From Dicyema japonicum (lineage: Eukaryota; Animalia; Dicyemida): a stretch of 64,000 bases of DNA. Of the stretch, positions 13,853 to 27,602 are shown piece by piece. The notes under the pieces were generated by a model. It ran no database searches and was not told the DNA's origin. It saw nothing but the letters and a program-made list of their open reading frames with translations. How positions within the stretch are numbered: position 1 is the stretch's first letter; each line of letters begins with the position of its first letter. The stretch is taken from positions 954,030 to 1,018,029 of the forward strand of contig RDEW01000004.1 in the NCBI GenBank assembly GCA_011109175.1. The letters run 5' to 3'. Position numbers and translations under genes: made by a program.

Positions 13853-14082
13853 TATGTAACCTCTCATTCCCTTTATTACACGAACTTTCGGACATAAGGG
13901 AGAATATCTGTTTTCGCGATTAACAAGGTTTTATACCAAATTATTAAACGAAAGGTTGAAATGGGTCGAACTTTGATCTCAAATTCGATATCCCGATATT
14001 ATTAAAGAACGAATGGGGGATCTCTTTCAGATTTTAAATATTTCGTTCATTTATAAGAATGACGAGGCTTCCATCCTTCATA

Positions 14083-14160
14083 ATATTATGCCATGTCACC
14101 ACCTCATCAACTGACCAATTAGTCACATCACTTTCGGGATCTGATAGAAAATAAGATTAT
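14083..14160. repeat. Left copy of a 78-bp direct repeat (TSD) flanking the RTE
   Basis: Matches 15674-15752 with 3 substitutions and 1 indel. Confidence 0.9.
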
Positions 14161-15673
14161 TATAGGCACGCGATGCCAAGATCATGACAAAGCATGTGCA
14201 ACACGAAAAGTTAACAATCTAATTAACGTCCCCCATCTTTTTCGATCCGTTGACATGTCCCGTAGCATATCTAGATCGTCCCCATCTTTAAGGCACTTTC
14301 CAATCCTCTGAGATCTTCATCTAGAATAACCGGCAGTGTTGTCCTCGTCGGCCGCGGAAACGAGAAGCTTCTAAGACAAAATACTCCTCCATTGCTATGT
14401 TGGCAGGGGTCCCATATCGTGGCGGATTATGTGTCCAAAGAGCCTCCATCTTGAATCAGTAATATCACATGATATTGGCTCAGTTCCTGTTCTCTTGTAT
14501 AAGATTTCGGGCGGCATTTTGAAAAAGCTTCGGGAAGAAAGGATTGCTCGGAGTTGATTTCTGTGAAAAGAATTCAACTTTTCGAGTTCCTGCCCTGTAC
14601 ATGCCCATGTACCGGCATTATATAATAGGATTGGCCTCACTAGGGCATATAGTCGATAGTCAAGCCCTTTGTGCAGAAGCTAGGTCTTCATTTTGTTGAA
14701 AGCGACATTAGTTAGTGTCTTCCTTCGTGTTATATCTTCGGTGTCACCGAGAAGGGATCCTAGTTTTTTTGATCTATGCCAGTGCTCGTCGGTCTTTTCC
14801 TCACTTCTTTTTAGCTCCGTGATTTCGGTTTTGTTTGTGTTTACTTTTAATGACACTCAGCCATTTTCTCCAAAAGTGCAATTAACTCTTCTTTGTTATT
14901 CGAAATAAAGTCCACGTCGTCCGCATATGCTATTATGCTCGTTCCTTCTCTGATATGAGGCTTCAAGTCTCGCAGAGCCGCCTCCAGATAAATAATGAAC
15001 AAAATCGGGGATAATGGATCTCCTTGAGGGTACCAATTGTCGTTTCAAATGTTCTCGATAAAGCTTTCCCAGTCCTGACCATCAAACTCGTTTCCGTCAA
15101 GAGTGTCCTAATCATTGAGCCCTCCAAGAAGTGCTCCAATTTGCAGCAGCTTGTTCCTGTTGACGGAATCAAAGGCCTTTGACATATCAATCCCCAGAAT
15201 GGTTGTCGTTATTTAAAATTTTTGAACAGTCGCACTTCTCCATTTGTGGCTCCATATAACATCTGACGTTGATCTCCATTTGCGGAAGCCACTTTGATAA
15301 GCCGACAGGTACGAGTCTAGGCGTCCCTCCATTCTTTGAAGCGTAATATTGGCTAGTATCTTCCGTAATGTGTTGGTTAAGACCACTGGTCTTAGGTTCT
15401 CAACTTTCCCCGATTATTTGTTTGGCTTCTGTACTGGTATCAATAGTCCTTCTCCAACTGGCAAAGTGGCTCCTTTACTATACATTTCGTTTAGAATCCA
15501 GGCAATTATCATGTATAGCTTTTGAGTTCCATATTTGAAAAATTCACCATTTAAGCCATCTGGGCCGGACTCTTATTGTCCTTCAGTTTGAAACTTGCTG
15601 TCATCATCTTCCAAAGTTATTTCTAATATTCCCTGATCCGTGTTAATGGTAGTTTTTTGCTATTTTTTGATAC
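14161..15673 (-). mobile_element. RTE-like retrotransposon, 5'-truncated, degenerate
   Basis: NLRPVVL, GIDMSKAF, YADDVDF, KLGSLLGD, RPILLYNAGTW, RWRLFGHI. Confidence 0.88.
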
Positions 15674-15752
15674 ATATTATGCGATGTCACCACCTCAATC
15701 AACTGACCAATTAGTCACACCACTTTTGGGATCTGATAGAAAATAAGATTAT
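15674..15752. repeat. Right copy of the 78-bp direct repeat (TSD)
   Basis: Matches 14083-14160. Confidence 0.9.
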
Positions 15753-15830
15753 AGTCGGAAACTTAATATGTCAAAATTTTAATAATATTAAATTTCATTA
15801 AAAATAAATTTCTTATTAAAATTCAAATTT

Positions 15831-16453
15831 ATGACACGTTTTATATATGACCCAGATTTACTGTCAGATTTCCTAAAAGATGTAAAACTCTCAGAGAAAT
15901 ACCTCTGTCGGCCTCTTGAATACAATGACTTTAATAAAGGTCACAAAATAATATATCCTTAAGGATTTTTAAAATTGCTCTCTCAACTTACAGTTGTAGG
16001 GGACGTTTGTGAAACACAATTTAAAGGTTAACCAAAATTCTATAAATTTAGAAAGATTTGATTTTATGATCGAAATTCCAATGACTTATTACATCACAGT
16101 AATCGAAGACGTCCAAACTGGAGACCTAATTGCATGTGCTAGCCTCATCTTGGAATACAAATTCATAAGAAACATATCCGCAGTTTTGTAACTAGAGGCA
16201 TTTCTTAGAGGGGAAGAATCGAGGACGTCGTTGTCGACTCAGAATGTCGTGGTGAAGGATTAGGAAAATTGTAAACATCAAATATGAGTTTAGCTTGATC
16301 AGTTTACTAACTTCAATGGCACAGAAGTTTTCCTGCTATAAAATAACTCTTGAATGTAGGGATTCATTTCTCGAATTTTATAAAAAGTTTGGCTATAAAG
16401 CCGAAATGGGAAACAACCATTTGGTGATTCGTTTTAATGAGACATCAATTTAA
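15831..16453 (+). CDS. GNPNAT1: Glucosamine-6-phosphate N-acetyltransferase
   Basis: CRPLEYNDFNKG|FLKLLSQLTVVGDV, YYITVIED, ASLILEYKFIR, RGRIEDVVVDSECRGEGLGK, YKITLEC, FYKKFGY; four introns of 23-26 nt. Confidence 0.93.
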
Positions 16454-16934
16454 TAAATTAATCTTTTACCAGTTATTCATTTTTTATTGTAAAACATAAT
16501 TAACTCCGTGGCTATTCCCTCTCAGGATGTTAAGTTACTGTAAACACTGCAATTTAAGTGATGGGGGAAGTAATATGAAACGATCGGCTTGCCAACTTCT
16601 ACCCCAACAATCTCCCTAAGGAATCCTTAAACGCAGGGTCATCTATGAAGATAGTGCGGTTTTTGAAACCTCGAATAAGTTTTTCGATAGTTCCCCAACT
16701 TATCCCGTAAGCAAAATTAAATTACGCGTTTTATCAAATTTCTTGAGAATAGAGTCTCTTTTTTTGAGTCGTACCATCCTTCTAAACCGTATAACATTGC
16801 AGGAAGTATTGGGGAGTTAAGACATAAACAAAATCTCCGGCTCTAGCTTTTATTTTTTTAACTCAGAACAAACGCAGAACAGTGTTCGTAGCTTTTTTTC
16901 GTATTTTTTTATATTTTTTATTTAGTTAATTTTA

Positions 16935-17760
16935 CAAAGGATAATTGAAAACGCATTTCCCCTTACGATTTGCAAGGAAATACGCTCAATGAGTCAGCTT
17001 CTTTCTCTCCTATCGTTTTTCTTATTCGCGATGAGCGAGCCGATCTTGTTTAGCAGTGTCAGTGACATGCTTCCAATTATTCCTGTCGTTTCAACTGCCA
17101 CTGGTTTTTAAGACGAGTTGTCCTCTAAAAATGCGTAGTCCTTTAACTTTAGGGTCTCAGACTTCTCCGAAGCTGAGCCTGGATCAGTTGCTGTCGTTGA
17201 GCTGTTGGAGGGAGAGAGGCTATCGACACAGGTGACGTCCCAGGAAAAGTATTTACCACTCTCCCATGAAAAGAGAGTGGTTCCGTCCGGTCTTCGGTTG
17301 GCTTGAGCAAGTCCAAGCGGCTCCAATTGGAAAAAAATCCTGCAGCCTCAAGTCACCAAGGAATAACTCGGTCGATTGCGGCGTGTCTAATACTACTTCC
17401 AGCTTTTCTCCGACAAGAGAAAGCGTGAAGACCTTTCGCGTCGACCATTCCTCCACATCTACACCGATGAGTCGTGCAAACATCCATTCCGAGGCGGACG
17501 GAAACCCAATCCTCTTCGCGTTGTCATCCAATAGTGTCCCAAGTGAGGTACATGGTAAATCTCTGAGCCAGGCTCCACTCTAGTTCGTCGATGCAGAATC
17601 CAGACAAGCCAGACGACGACATGCACAGGTTCTATTTCGTCTATGATGATTCGAAAAAGCTTGTCCCATTCTCGTTGTTTATTAGCGTTCTTTGGGAATC
17701 CAACATCCAGTCCAGACTTCGCGAGTCATTGGCTCAGCGTCCGATCCGTTAATGTAGCGT
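16935..17760 (-). mobile_element. CRE-like retrotransposon 3' part
   Basis: AWLRDLPCTSLGTLLDDN, RHAAI, RRPDGTT, WDVTCVD, VETTG, IVRGNAFSI. Confidence 0.82.
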
Positions 17761-17799
17761 AGGATCTGGCGTGTAATTAATAATAATTAACAACGGAAT

Positions 17800-20700
17800 A
17801 GGTACTATCAGTTGGCATGGACTGTTCATCCCGGTACCTCGTTTCCTTGCTAACCATCCATCTGCTGATCTAGGAAGTTACACATCATGATTTGAATATC
17901 TTCCCTGACTGGCCTGACAAGTTTGTTCTCTTCCTCAGTCAGGCCTTCGTACAATTTCTTCCCAAGGGATAGTTTGATCGCCGCTCGCCTTGTTTTCTCT
18001 AGTCGAGCGAGGATCCTCTCCCTCTAGGGGCTGTATAACCATCCCTCACTTGGAAGAATCACATTCGAAAGACAAAGAGCATGGTATCACCATCAAACTT
18101 TAGGCTTCTAGTGCAAAACAGTGCTTGCACAATATTCTTTCTTCGCTCTTCGATGTCCTTTAGATATGATCCTCTCCCATCTACTACAATCCTCAGGTAT
18201 TTCAGGGATGAAACTCTCGGTATGCGAAGAGTGTAAGGCTCTTCATGATGCCTGCCCAGCCTGCTTATCCGTAAATACTGGACTTTTCCGTGGAGAATCT
18301 CAGGGCTCTCCGATCACACCAATCCTGGACTTTGTCGACAAAAGCTCCTAGTCGCCACTCTGAAAGGTATGCCCTCAAAGACGAATCCAAGATTAAAATG
18401 TCATCAATGAATATTATCAGCTTGGTCCTGACGTCTAGCGGTGACAGGAATACGTTGAATAGCAGGGGGCTTAAAATAGATCCCACTCTCCTTTTAAACA
18501 ATGTACCAGCAGAATATATTCCACCGATTACCACATAAAATATCCTGCCAGTCAAATAGTCTTTCAACCATAGGAACATTTGTTTAATATCTTTGATCGT
18601 ACAAGTCGACAAAATAAGGCTTCGTGCAACTTTCGAACGCCTCCGAGATGTCAAGGCAAACAAGGCTTAACTGGCTTTTCTTCTCAAATGCATTTGTAAT
18701 TTCATAATTTAGTGAGTGAATACAATTTCCGCACGATCTTCCCGAACGGAAACCCCATTGGTAAATTCGTAGAAAGTTGCTCACTTCTATATACCGATTT
18801 AATCTCTTGAATCCGTTCCATAATCTTTGATGTAGAACATATAAGGCTTATTGGTCTATAACTAAGAGGATCCATATCTACTTTCCAGGTTTGAAGATCA
18901 TCTTCACAATTGAACGCTTCCATAGCGTAGGAACATGTCCGAGCTTAAAACTCGAGTTATACATCTTTTGTAAAACAAAAGTAGTTCATCGGACCCTTCT
19001 TTAAACATAATCATGGGAATGCTGTCGAATCCAGGAGCCTTGTTCTTGCATTCGCGTATAGCAGTTCTGACTTCTGCCAGAGTGATATCCTCTCCCAGAC
19101 TTTCCAGCTCGTCCATAGAGTAATCCATAAAATTAGATATCTCCTCTAAAAACTTTTCAGGTATAATACTAAGAAGATCAACTCCCTGTATATTCTCAAG
19201 CTGTTTCCTGAACACCGAAGGTACTCTTTCAAAAGGAATTGTCCTTCCCTCATGATCGGCCAGCACAATACTCTTCGCCTTTAAATTTCCATTAGTAAGC
19301 CTTCTGTACATTTTCCAGAAACAAGGGTTCTTCCAGTTAACTTTTGAGGCTGCATTCTTCAATTTATTCTCCGCAACTACTTTCCATGCTCTTTCCAATA
19401 ATTTTTGAATCACAGAAATTTTGCTTTTCAGAGTTGTCCTGTCCCACAAATCTACACATCGTCTAAGCTTCGCCTTCAGAGTATTCCTCTCGGTATTATA
19501 GGTGGGCAAGACTGTTTGTTGTTCGAAAAACTCTTGGAATAGACCTTCTTTCCATACAATCGCAGATACATCATTAGATAGTGCCCAGTTAAAAACGTCC
19601 AGCTCCTCATGTGTAGAAAAAGAATTAGTCCTAATTCGTAAGGTCTTCGACAAATAATGGCGATAATGTCCTCAGTCTATCGACGAGGTATAATAATACA
19701 CAAAAATATCTTCAACAATATTCGGCTATAGGTTTATAGTCACCTCCTGTGGGATATGATCGTTCTCTATATCCCAAAAATCTTGGTCTGTCAACATGAT
19801 CTAGAAGTTGTGGAGACACTAAGACCAATTTCAGCATATTACCGCCATAGTGTGAGAAATGGTTAGGTTCCTCAGATGTCAAGACTTTAACTCCAATTTC
19901 GCTAACCAGATCTGTTACGAGTCGCTCGTCTTCATTGTTTTTGCAACATCCATAACTCGTTTTCTTAGCATTCAGGTCTCCTACCAAGATCGACATCGGG
20001 TTTCTTTCGAAGAAGTCAACAATTTTTGCAGAAGATCGGGCCCTTAGAGTATAATCCTTATCCATGTCCCTCCACATTGTACATCAACGGACACGAACTC
20101 CGAATCGGCGGCCAATAAAATAGAGTCATTTCATGTCTGCAATTCTTTAAGGGCAAAGATCGAGGTCCCAGTCCCAGCCACTGCTCCATCTTTTTACGAG
20201 ATGTCCACCGAGTCATATCCTTCCATACTATAATATCTTCTGAATTTAATTTTCGTCTCGTTGACTACCAAGACATCAACCTTGGCATTCCTCGCAAGTA
20301 GCGCTAGTTCATCATGCCTTTTCACCAAGGAGCAGGCATTCACCAGCACTATTTTTGAATATTTTTTCATAGTTTTTGTTGGTGGCCTGCGCTTTCCACA
20401 GCCAGGTCCACCAAATTCCGTAAATCCACTTTTAGCAGTGTACATAGGTTGTTCAGACGTGCGATTAATTCACTTAGCTCTCGAGATTCCGTCTCGGAAA
20501 CTTCTGCCTTGCTCTGCTTAAGTTCCCGTGTAGCACTCCGCTCCACCGGCCCATCCTGAATATATGATATATTGCTCCTCTTCATCTCTTGTGTTGGTTT
20601 GACTGCTTCCTTTCTAGACTCTGTCTGTATGGGGATTATTTTCTTGGATGCCTCTTTCATAGCAGGACATCCTCTGTAACGGGCATTATGCCTTGGTCCT

Positions 20701-21070
20701 CCACAATTAATACAATTTGTCTTCACGTTTGGAGAAAATTCACACACAACAAGGTCGTGTTTCCCTCCACACTTGTAGCACCTCTTCTTCTCCTTGCAAT
20801 GCGCGGCGATATGACCAATTCGTTCGCAACTGTAGCAGATAGGAGAGGGCCTCCTCATCCACTCACAGGAGATCTTATTCGTTCCAATGTAGAAGCCACA
20901 ATGTATCAGCGATGTGGCCTCTGAATTATTATTTACCGAGGCCTTCGCCATTGGCATAGGCTGCGATCCTTTGGTCATTCGAGTAACTCTTGTAGTTGAG
21001 GGAGCCATCTCTTGAAGGTAGTCCAAAAGGTCATCCTCCTTCACCCAGAAAGGCAGGTTCCTGAAGACAA
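17800..21070 (-). mobile_element. Two-ORF LINE of the I/Jockey group (ORF1 gag-like with 3 CCHC knuckles; ORF2 APE-RT), degenerate
   Basis: ORF1 CYSCERIGHIAAHC, CYKCGGKH, CINCGGPRH; ORF2 ETK, VGDLNAK, KAPGFDSI, YRPISL, QWGFRSGRS, LSPLLFN, FIDD; many frameshifts. Confidence 0.88.
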
Positions 21071-22783
21071 TCTCAGATGGTTTAGTTGAAAGTGTTCTGA
21101 ATCAGTGGTTATTCGGACCAAAAGGACTGGTCTCATTCACGGCCTCCATATAGGCGGTCATGTGGGAGTTATCTCTGAAATCCAGTACCTCGTAAATTTT
21201 TTCGAAAACCCTAGTGATGCTCTGTTCTATGTGTTCAGAGAGTCTGTTAAATACGATTCTTTCCATAATTCTTGAAATTGTTGTTATAAGGATTATGGCC
21301 TATAACTGGTTTTTAAGTACCCAAGTTTCCCAGATTTACGTATCACCTGACCTAGTCAATTTCCAATGAGAATTTTGCCACACAAAGCAATTATTATACA
21401 ATCCTATTCCCTCTCACAATTCCACTGCTCCCGATGGTGTCATAGATACATTCAGTCCGGAATAAGAGTAAAATTCTTCAAAGAGCAATAAGAAGACAAA
21501 TATGCACTTAATCCGAAGTTACGGTAATTACCAATCCTCCAAAACAAACAGGCAAAGTTGCCAGAAATCATTTATAGTCATCAAAATGTATTTTTAAAAT
21601 AGTTTCAAGAGTTGACTTAATTTCATCAAACATTTTGGGAAGCAGGAGAAAGTTTTTGAGCATAAAAAGTTCAACATACCTGTCCAATCTGTTGGAAACA
21701 TTCCCAAAAGTCGCTTAAAAATTCTCCTATTCGATTTTTCTCTATTCCGCATCCAAGGAATTAAAGAGAGTATAGTGGGAGAAAATCTTTCACTCGTTCT
21801 CTGAAGAAGGCAAATTTTTAATAAGAAGTATCAGTAAATTTGCATTAAAAATGAAGTGAAAATGTTTTGATATGGAGTCAATTTCTCAAAATGAAGTAAA
21901 ACATATAGTTTTGGGATAAAATAATGATGTCCCAGAGTTAAAGTTTTTTAACCATATGTTTTTTGAGTTGAACAAAAAGTAAAAAATAGATCGTTGTTTC
22001 ATTCGAAATTACTACAAAAATTAAATTAACTTTAACTTGTTAATCATAAGATGGTTCTTTTAAAAAAGTGTAGTCAATCAGTTTAGTTGTTCCAGCTTCC
22101 ATAATTAGCCCGTTATCTTACGTCTGTGGTACTCCGTTGTATCTAACCTGCCCAGAATAACCTCCTATCTTGCTTGCACATTAAATTGATTAGAGAAAAA
22201 CTTTCATTTGCTGAGACGAAGATAAGTTTCTACCCTTTCACTAAAGCAATTCGGTTCCACATAAGGATATTAGCTTTGTTATTAACGGGTTGATATATTT
22301 GTATTACAAAACATGCAAACAGTAGACAAGCATTGATTCCGTTGAGCATAGAGAGCTTGAATATTTATTTGTTAGAGATATAATTTAATATATTATTTAA
22401 ATAAAATTTATAAATTAAAACGCAGACTGTGAGAATGATAATAAATTAAGTAATATTTTCCAGTTTAATCGTTGATAAACCAATAATGAGTAATGATATT
22501 CCCACGTATATTGTTGAAAAAAGCAATAAGATTACAGCATTATTCTGGGGAAAATGATGTTACGTACAAAATCAAAAATATATCTGTAATCATGTAATAT
22601 AATAGATCCATGAAAATTTTAACAATGCAAATTTTAGTTTAGTAAATAAAAAATGGTCAATTTATATTTATATGGAATAAAAATGATATTACCATTATTA
22701 TTTTTTATTTGTCGACTCAGATTATTTTACTCTTAGTTTGCAATTGTTGACATCAAATAAACGTAATCTTAATTGATTAACCG

Positions 22784-23310
22784 TTAAATTTTAATCTTGA
22801 TTTTCTCGGCCAGATCGGCTGCCGATCCAGCAGACTGCGCCGAGCTGAGCATCATCGAGTTCGAGAAAGAATCCACAACAGTGCAGTCCCATACGAGCGA
22901 TTTTCCCTCAGTGAACGGAAAGATAGTTAACCCATCCGGTCTTTTCCCATCTCCGCGGTCCAATCCCACAGGTTCCAGTACTGCCGGGAAGCCTGCCGCT
23001 TCAAGAGCTCGCAAGACAATGTTGTTCATAGCAGCATGGCGGGGTGTTCTGCCCGCGCTCCTTTTGCACGAGAGCGGGTGCAGCCCTTTGACATCGACGA
23101 TCCCTCCACAGCGACATTGGTGTTCGACGCAAACATCAGCTCCCAGGCGTTGTGCGATTCCAATCCGAATACAGTCATCGTCCAATAGGGTCCCCAGGGA
23201 GGAACACGGGAGTGCATCCAGCCACGCTCCGCTCCCATGGTTGGCGGCGGACACGAGGCATGCAAGACGATGCTGGTTGGCCTCAGACTTTAGCACGTCG
23301 AAGATACTGA
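22784..23310 (-). mobile_element. CRE-like retrotransposon fragment (zinc knuckle and RLE start), open frame
   Basis: GAWLDALPCSSLGTLL, CRCGGIVDVKGLHPLSC, RHAAMN, DGKRPDGLT, LVWDCTVVD. Confidence 0.88.
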
Positions 23311-24059
23311 GATTTAGCTACCGATTGTAAAGTTGACTACAAAATGGTGAAAAATAAAAAAATTAATAGAAAAAGTTATTTTAAATTAAAATTTCTCACC
23401 AGATCGTAAACTATATACATCAAAAGTAATGAAGTGCAATCATCTAGTAAACTAACTACAATTCATAGATCGAGGAAAGGTAATGGGAATTAAATTATTT
23501 AAATTTAGTAATCAATTCTATATTTCCTATGTGTAATTTTGTAATTGTGGTAACTTTTGTTTTTAAATTAACGTCTGGTTTATTACAATTTCGGATTATT
23601 TCGTAGACTATTTGTATTGCTTTACGAATTTATTACCCAAAGTATGTAAATGAGGTATTTTAGTTGAGACCAATCTTAAATTTAATTTCGTACTGGAAAA
23701 TAAATTTCAAGGATCGCATTTCTTATAAAGTTCGCCATCCATTTCACTACTACTTATTCTATCGACATTAACAGCCAATCTTCTTCCTTAACCGAGTAGC
23801 GCACTGTAGCGACTGTCGAGGCCTGATGCTCCCTAGTTCGAATCTCGATGCTGTACATTCCGGTTGAAGGTTCCACACATTTAACATGCTTTGGCTCGAC
23901 GAATGATGCCGTCATCAGTAAACATTTCGGGACAGGATAGTCTATAAAGGACACACGCAACAAAAAGAAACAAAGAGCATTCCTTGGTTCTCTAGCGCTC
24001 ATTACTAACTTTAGAAATCATTGACCCTAGCGATCTTATAAAAAAATTAAACTAATTAT

Positions 24060-24760
24060 CACGTGATCCCGATGCATCTAACAGCGACCTCATTTTTGCT
24101 TGGTGCTCTTCTCTCGCGCTCGCTCATGAACGTACAGGACGACTGACTGATTTTTCGGGGCCGCATTCTCATAATCTGGAGTCTAGTCTCATAAGGCCCT
24201 CCAGAGGCGTCAGTCCGGTTCGGTAATCTCCACAAATCCAACGATCCGTTACTCTGGAAGCCCATTTTATATTTCTTCGATCTTCATATTTGTCCAAGAT
24301 ATGGATAGTCCCCACGAGGCGCATGCATATGAGAAACATGGCTCGATTTACTGTCCGTACAAGTTCATCAGGATAATTTGGATCTTGTTTGTTCTATTTC
24401 TTGTTCCAAGTGAGACTGCATTGACTTAAGTAGCATCATCGTCTCCCAAGATATTCGTCGCCACTGAAGTGATGTCCACACATTTTAGGTCTTTCCGATA
24501 TAAAATGTGTGGACATTACCCCGCTTCTTCTTCCGGTCAGTCCGTATTGATTTGTATTCAGGAAACATAGGGGTAGGACAGTTTAGTCTCTTGAATCAAA
24601 GCAACGTCGATCTTCAGCTCCACCAATATTTTGCCCAGTTCTACAACGTTCAGTTGTAGAACCGTGGTCCGTCTCTTACAGTGGGCTAGGGGTTCCTTTC
24701 GAGTAGATGAAGCTGAAAGCGCGTGCCGCCGGGGAGACAGTTTCCTTGGAGGTAAATGTT
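24060..24760 (-). mobile_element. Ingi-like LINE 5' fragment (APE), highly degenerate
   Basis: VLQLNV, DVALIQETKL, GDYPY, ASDH-like remnant; ERNP remnant of a 2A-like motif upstream. Confidence 0.6.
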
Positions 24761-24958
24761 TAATGGTTTTTTTAGAAAAACACTAGGTGCCCTCTGGGAG
24801 TTACCAATACTACAGAATTGGTGAACCACATAACGCCACAGTAAATGTACGCTAAATTTAAGAGTATCTTGGTTAAGCAGCCTAGATTAAATTAATTATC
24901 ATTTTATTTCTTAATTGAGTGTTTTATTGTAAAAATAAAATAATAAAAAATATTGTTG

Positions 24959-27602
24959 ATGCATGATAAGTCTAGTGGAACTATTTTATCACAATTAGAT
25001 ATAAACTCATATTCATTCAATTCCGAAGAATTTTTGAAAATACTTATGAAGGTGCAAAAATTATTTAACTCACAGGATGGCTCCTTATCAGAATTATCAG
25101 AAGTTCATCAGTCTACCACCAAACGACTACGGGAACTCGAAATAAAGATGCAAAACTTAGTATATGACAACTACAACAAGTTCGTAAGTGCAACAAATGC
25201 CGTCAAAAATGTATAGTTCTTTAATCAGGCAGATGAAAATTGATCTTGAAGAGATGGAACCTGAAATACAGGAAATGGCAGCCAACGTCGAGCTCATAAC
25301 TGATTCCACCTCAGAAATTCAGATATCTCTAAATTCTGGCAGAAAACAGCTGCTAACGTGTTATAACTACCAAGCTTCCCTTAAACGACTACAAGTCTTG
25401 CTGAATTTGCCCGAAAAATTGAAGAAATTTGTTGAAAATAAGAATTTTGTTTCAGCCGTTGAGTTTTTACGTTTTTTAACATTCAGATTTTTTGTTAAAA
25501 CTAGAAAATTTTACTCCGAATTCTCCTCCAACCAAAACCTTGCCAGAGCTGCGGATAAATCATCTGCTGTTATGACAGAGATTACTCAGTCTTTGAAGGA
25601 CACTCTGAAATGCGGAATAAACGAAATTTCTAAGGTAGAACTCTCTGAGGCAACTGAGCTTCTAATGAAACTGGGTCATGACGTTAGCCAAGTCGCCAGG
25701 GAATTCCTTATTGGGTTATTTTGTGCTTTTCATTATTATTTATTTTATATTATGATTTTTGATTTATAAAATATTTTAAAATTCTAGCTGTGAGAAAAAT
25801 ATGATGGACGAGCTGGAGCTACTTGAGATATGTCAAAATACAGCAAAGTTTAGATTGTATTAGTAGACTTAGTACTTTGAGAATCTGATGAGTTCTGGCT
25901 GCCTCACGTTTATTCATAACCTTTCTCTAGTTTCTGACGCGTTCATGTATATCTTCCAGGAATATTTGAAGTAATAGGCTATAATTTAATTAGAAATGAC
26001 AATTTTGTTGTAATTTTCGACAAAATTATGAGTTTAAATGGCAGAATGATCGATAGGCTGTTTTCCATAATAAATGATGGATTTGCTAAGTTTTCTATAG
26101 CATTATTATAGTGAAATTGATGATAATGAAGGGACCAAATTGTTATTTCCAATTCTCCGACGTCTGAGCTGTCTCAATTATATAATGCCCAATTACTTTA
26201 AATTGTGAGTTTTTTTTCATTTTTGTCCCCGCGTGGTTTAGATCACGTAAAGAGAACATGTTTAAAATATTTTATTAATATTTAATTTATTTTTAAATAG
26301 AGATATTGAATTTTTGTTCCTCAAAGTGTTTCGAAACCGAATTTCATTGCATTTTGAAAATCTGAAAAATCGAATTCAATGTAATTTCTCATTAATGATG
26401 TAGATTTGTATGACAAGGAAGTTGAGGACATTTCCACTAACGGAGATATTCTAAGTGCCATGGAACTTCTGCAAGCTGGACTGTTAGATGGACTGAAGGA
26501 ATCTCTAGAGTCTTTGAATGTTTAATATTTATTCATTTTAAGAGATTTTTTGATTCTGAAGAAATCTCGTTGTCCTCAGTTCACCTCCACACAGAAATTG
26601 TAGATAATTTTGTGTTTGAATTCGTCAAAACTGTTGCAAAACAAAAATTCTGTCGGGTTTCCGTTTTCCGTTATACTAGACTGTACTCAAAAACACTGAT
26701 GGTTCGGTTTTATTGTTGAAGGCTAAGTTTTGTGCATGTTTGGCTGATCACGTGGTTCCTGATATTGTATTACCCCCATCTTATGTTAATAGATCTTTTA
26801 TGTACAGAAATTGTTTTCTTTGTCCCTCCCTTCAAACTATTCTCCCTTTATTTACGACTTGAAGGTGGAGACTACCTTTATTTTGGGGGATTATGCAAAG
26901 TTTTTTGGTGGAATTTTCTCTCATGTTCCTAAATTCCTTTATTGGTAGAAACAGTTCGAGTCGATTGATTATGAATGCACGTGGGTGAGCGGGGTCAGTG
27001 AGGTTATGGTGGAGATTTGTGGACGCTATCAGGAGCTATTTGAACTCCTGAGGAGTCTGTATCCCCAATCTGAGCAGAATTTGACGCGGAGTGAATCGAG
27101 CATTCATTCTGCGGTCAACAATTCCGTGGACTTGAAATGGCGATCGGACGGATTTCTGTTGATTCTGTTTTTTATTTTAGGAATTCGAACGATTCGACGA
27201 GTTTGCTTAGGAAAAACATCCAAAAGCTTTTTGCTGAGAGAATAGAGATCTTCACACCTATTGAAGCATGTCAGAGATCTATTTTGAATGGGATCACTAA
27301 GATCTTTCTAAAAGTTTGTAGTTTGTTGAATTTGATAGAATTTTGTGGAATATATTAGACGCTGCACTCTTACCGAGGTTGTTGTGCGCCAAATTCACCT
27401 GGATTTGCATTATTTGAGTGAAATTTCCCCTGTTTCCTCCAATGAGTTGGGAATTTGTTTATTATAGAGTTTTTATGCTGTTTGATGAGGTTATGGCGAG
27501 TTCACTGACCCGATGTACTGGAAAATGTGAATTAATGGACTTGAAGGTTTTGTTTGTCTGTTTATTTAGACTATTAATGACATTGTTTGCAAATCAAAGT
27601 GA
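24959..27602 (+). CDS. VPS51: GARP/EARP complex subunit Vps51 (Ang2)
   Basis: LDINSYSFNSEEF, MQNLVYDNYNKFVSATNAVK|MK, LKRLQVLLNLPEKL, NIQKLFAERIEIF, GITKIFLK|NFVEYIR; many tiny introns plus a few of about 50-100 nt. Confidence 0.92.

Noticed and set aside
23880-23960. Penelope relic with a hammerhead ribozyme (CTGATGACGGC...GCC, VLYRLSCP, IRTREH on the minus strand)
   Set aside because: The GAAA core and stems I/III are missing, and the peptide hints are too short.
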